This document shows, one piece after another, positions 61,855 through 64,000 of a stretch of 64,000 nucleotides of DNA. Made by a program: the position numbers and the translations under genes. The notes beneath the pieces are model-generated. The model saw only the letters and a program-made list of their open reading frames with translations. It did no database searches and was not told where the DNA came from. Source of the DNA: Podarcis pityusensis (taxonomy: Eukaryota); assembly GCA_964106645.2 (NCBI GenBank), contig OZ067044.1; one strand, 5' to 3'. How positions within the stretch are numbered: the stretch's first letter is position 1; each line of letters begins with the position of its first letter.

Positions 61855-64000
61855 CTAAGGGTAGCCTAAGGGTTCCCCTATGGTAGAAGGGGAAAACCTT
61901 CTACCATAAAACTTACATCCTCAGTGCATTAGGTGTAAGCTGAATTCCATCTATTTCGATTAAAGTTGTATTTATGACATTGGTAGTCCTTTCTTGCAAA
62001 AAAACTCAAGGTAGGAAACATAGTCATCATCGCCTATTTTGTCCATCATCACCTATTTTGGTTAGGATAAGAGACAGTGACAGACCCAGTGGGGATTGGA
62101 ACCTGTCTTCAACACCATGACCACTCCACTAGTCTGGCACTTTTGTTAAAATATACACTAGGTTGAAGACCAGGTCTTTAGTTCACAAAGTTATGAAGAA
62201 CAGAAATGCTTGCAGCTGGACCTAGGACTATAGGCTATGATCTGAGCATCGCAGGCCTAGTTCCTACAAACAGCAGGTGAGGTGGTAAATCTGTGCCTGG
62301 GATCTGCCTTTCATAACTGTAGGTAACTGCTCACATGAGGGAAGGTTTGCATACAAGATTACCCCTATGCATAGAAATCTATTGTGGCTAGATTAGATAT
62401 CACATCTCCCTGATTCTACCTTTTCTACTGCAGGGGATTTTCATGCACCATTCAGTTGTGTACCCCTGCAATTTGAAACGGTACTGACCAGACACAGGGT
62501 AGGGTTTGTAGGGATAAGTCCTTACTTGATTCTGTGTGCTTGTTTGTTTAAATACGATAATAAACCACCCTTCATCCAAAAATCTATTTCAGGGTAGTAT
62601 GCAAAGGCATATAAAACCTACAAAAATGCAGTAAAAGGAAGAGGAATAAAACCATTCAGCTAGCATTATCTTGCTCTGAGTTCCTCATCTTATCTGCTGT
62701 GGACCAAGAAAGATTTGAGTTGATTTTCTGTTCTCTTCTCAGTGCCTGATGTTTGCTTTAGCATTGCTAAAATATTTGAAGGGCAAAGGGAGTTTTACCC
62801 TTTGATTTCTCCAAGACTCCTGCAGCTCAGTCTAAGTGTTGTCCTTTGGAGAAAACAAAGCAAGTCACACCAATGCCAGAATTTGTTTTTACAGCCTTCT
62901 GTGAGTGACTTCATGTTCATTTGCATGGCAAATTTTGTCACATGGTCAAGAAAGAAAGAAAGAAAGAAAACCCCAAAATAAGCTTCCCCAAGTCCCTTTA
63001 ATAATGGATTTACTGGGTTAGCTCTTCTCCTCCTCCTCCCCCCCCCAAAAAAAACCCATCCAGGCTATTTTGGGGAAAGCCTATTACTTTGCCCTGTGAA
63101 CTCAGTCCTAAATCCATTAATTTGTGTATAATCCTGTCCTCAGGCTTCTGGTGGGGGGCGGGGGGAACAGAACTCAGGAGCCAATCCAGCTAGTTTCAAT
63201 TTTATATCACATCTTTATATAGACACTCTCTGGGTTTCCCTTGCTCTGTTTTCAGCCCTTACACATTTCCTACTTTTTATTCGAGGTATTTTTATTTATT
63301 TGTCCCACTCTTCAATTGACAAAGCTCCTAAAGCAGCTTTCATACATCCAAAAAAATCTTTAACAATCAATTCAGCAATCAAACCCAGAAAAGAATCGTG
63401 ATATCAAGCAGCATTAAAATCAAGAAGAGGGTGGTGGCAGTAGTGACGATTTCTAGCATAAAATGCATATTGTATTAGAAGTTTGGGGTAAAATAATAAT
63501 AAAAAAGTTTTCACCAGTTACTGAAAATAAAATAAAGATGGCACCAGGTGACTCTCTTAGGGAAGGGAGTTCCATAAATGGAGTGCTACAACTGAAAAGG
63601 TTAGGTTGGGCTACATGTTACTCATGGACTAAGGATGGAGAACCCATGTTGTCCTCCAAATAATGTTGGACTGTAGCGCCTATCATTCTTGAGCACTGAC
63701 CATGCTACCTAAGGTTCATGGGAGATGGAGTTCAACAGTGTTTCTGTCTCACCTGGAGGGTCTCAGGTTCCCTATCCCTGTCGCACTCTCTCCCACTCTA
63801 GGAATGTTGGTGACCGGCTGGCATAGGAGTGGAAAGTGAGATACCAGAGATGGGGCATGGCAAAATTTTGCAGAATCCATGAACAGAAAGCACAAAGAAC
63901 CCTGAGTGAAAAACATGATCTAGACAGGGGTTGGCAGACTTCGGGCTTGTTGAATCTACTTTGCTTTTTACTTAGAACCTCAAGATCTATTATCCTGTGC

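Overview
Vertebrate genomic DNA, not prokaryotic. The Sauria-type SINEs and L2/CR1 tails point to a squamate, probably a lacertid lizard. The window holds the complete TFAP2A (AP-2 alpha) gene on the + strand. Three first coding exons match known mammalian N-termini: MSLLAKMGDWQ (20704-20736), MKMLWKLTDNIKYEECE (26144-26194) and MLVHSFSAM (30517-30543). Each can splice in phase 0 to shared exons 2-7 (31810-48341), giving 433, 437/439 and 431 aa proteins. A ~1.9-kb 3' UTR follows. The rest is non-coding: a ~31-kb CpG-retaining domain (about 8-39 kb), enhancer-like blocks, microsatellites, SINE/LINE remnants, hAT-type hairpin MITEs, many ~80-90-bp palindromic Chompy/Harbinger-like elements and three assembly gaps. 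I see no clearly new multi-gene system. The best leads are four. (1) A candidate extra first coding exon at 28915-29112 with a perfect Kozak ATG and a phase-0 donor. (2) A uORF in the exon-1a leader whose frame is set by a (CT)n microsatellite. (3) A promoter-like cluster after exon 4 that may drive a HIPSTR-like antisense RNA. (4) Two SINE insertions at the same motif found at the ends of the palindromic elements. Repeat family names and conservation statements come from recognition and recall, not from database searches.
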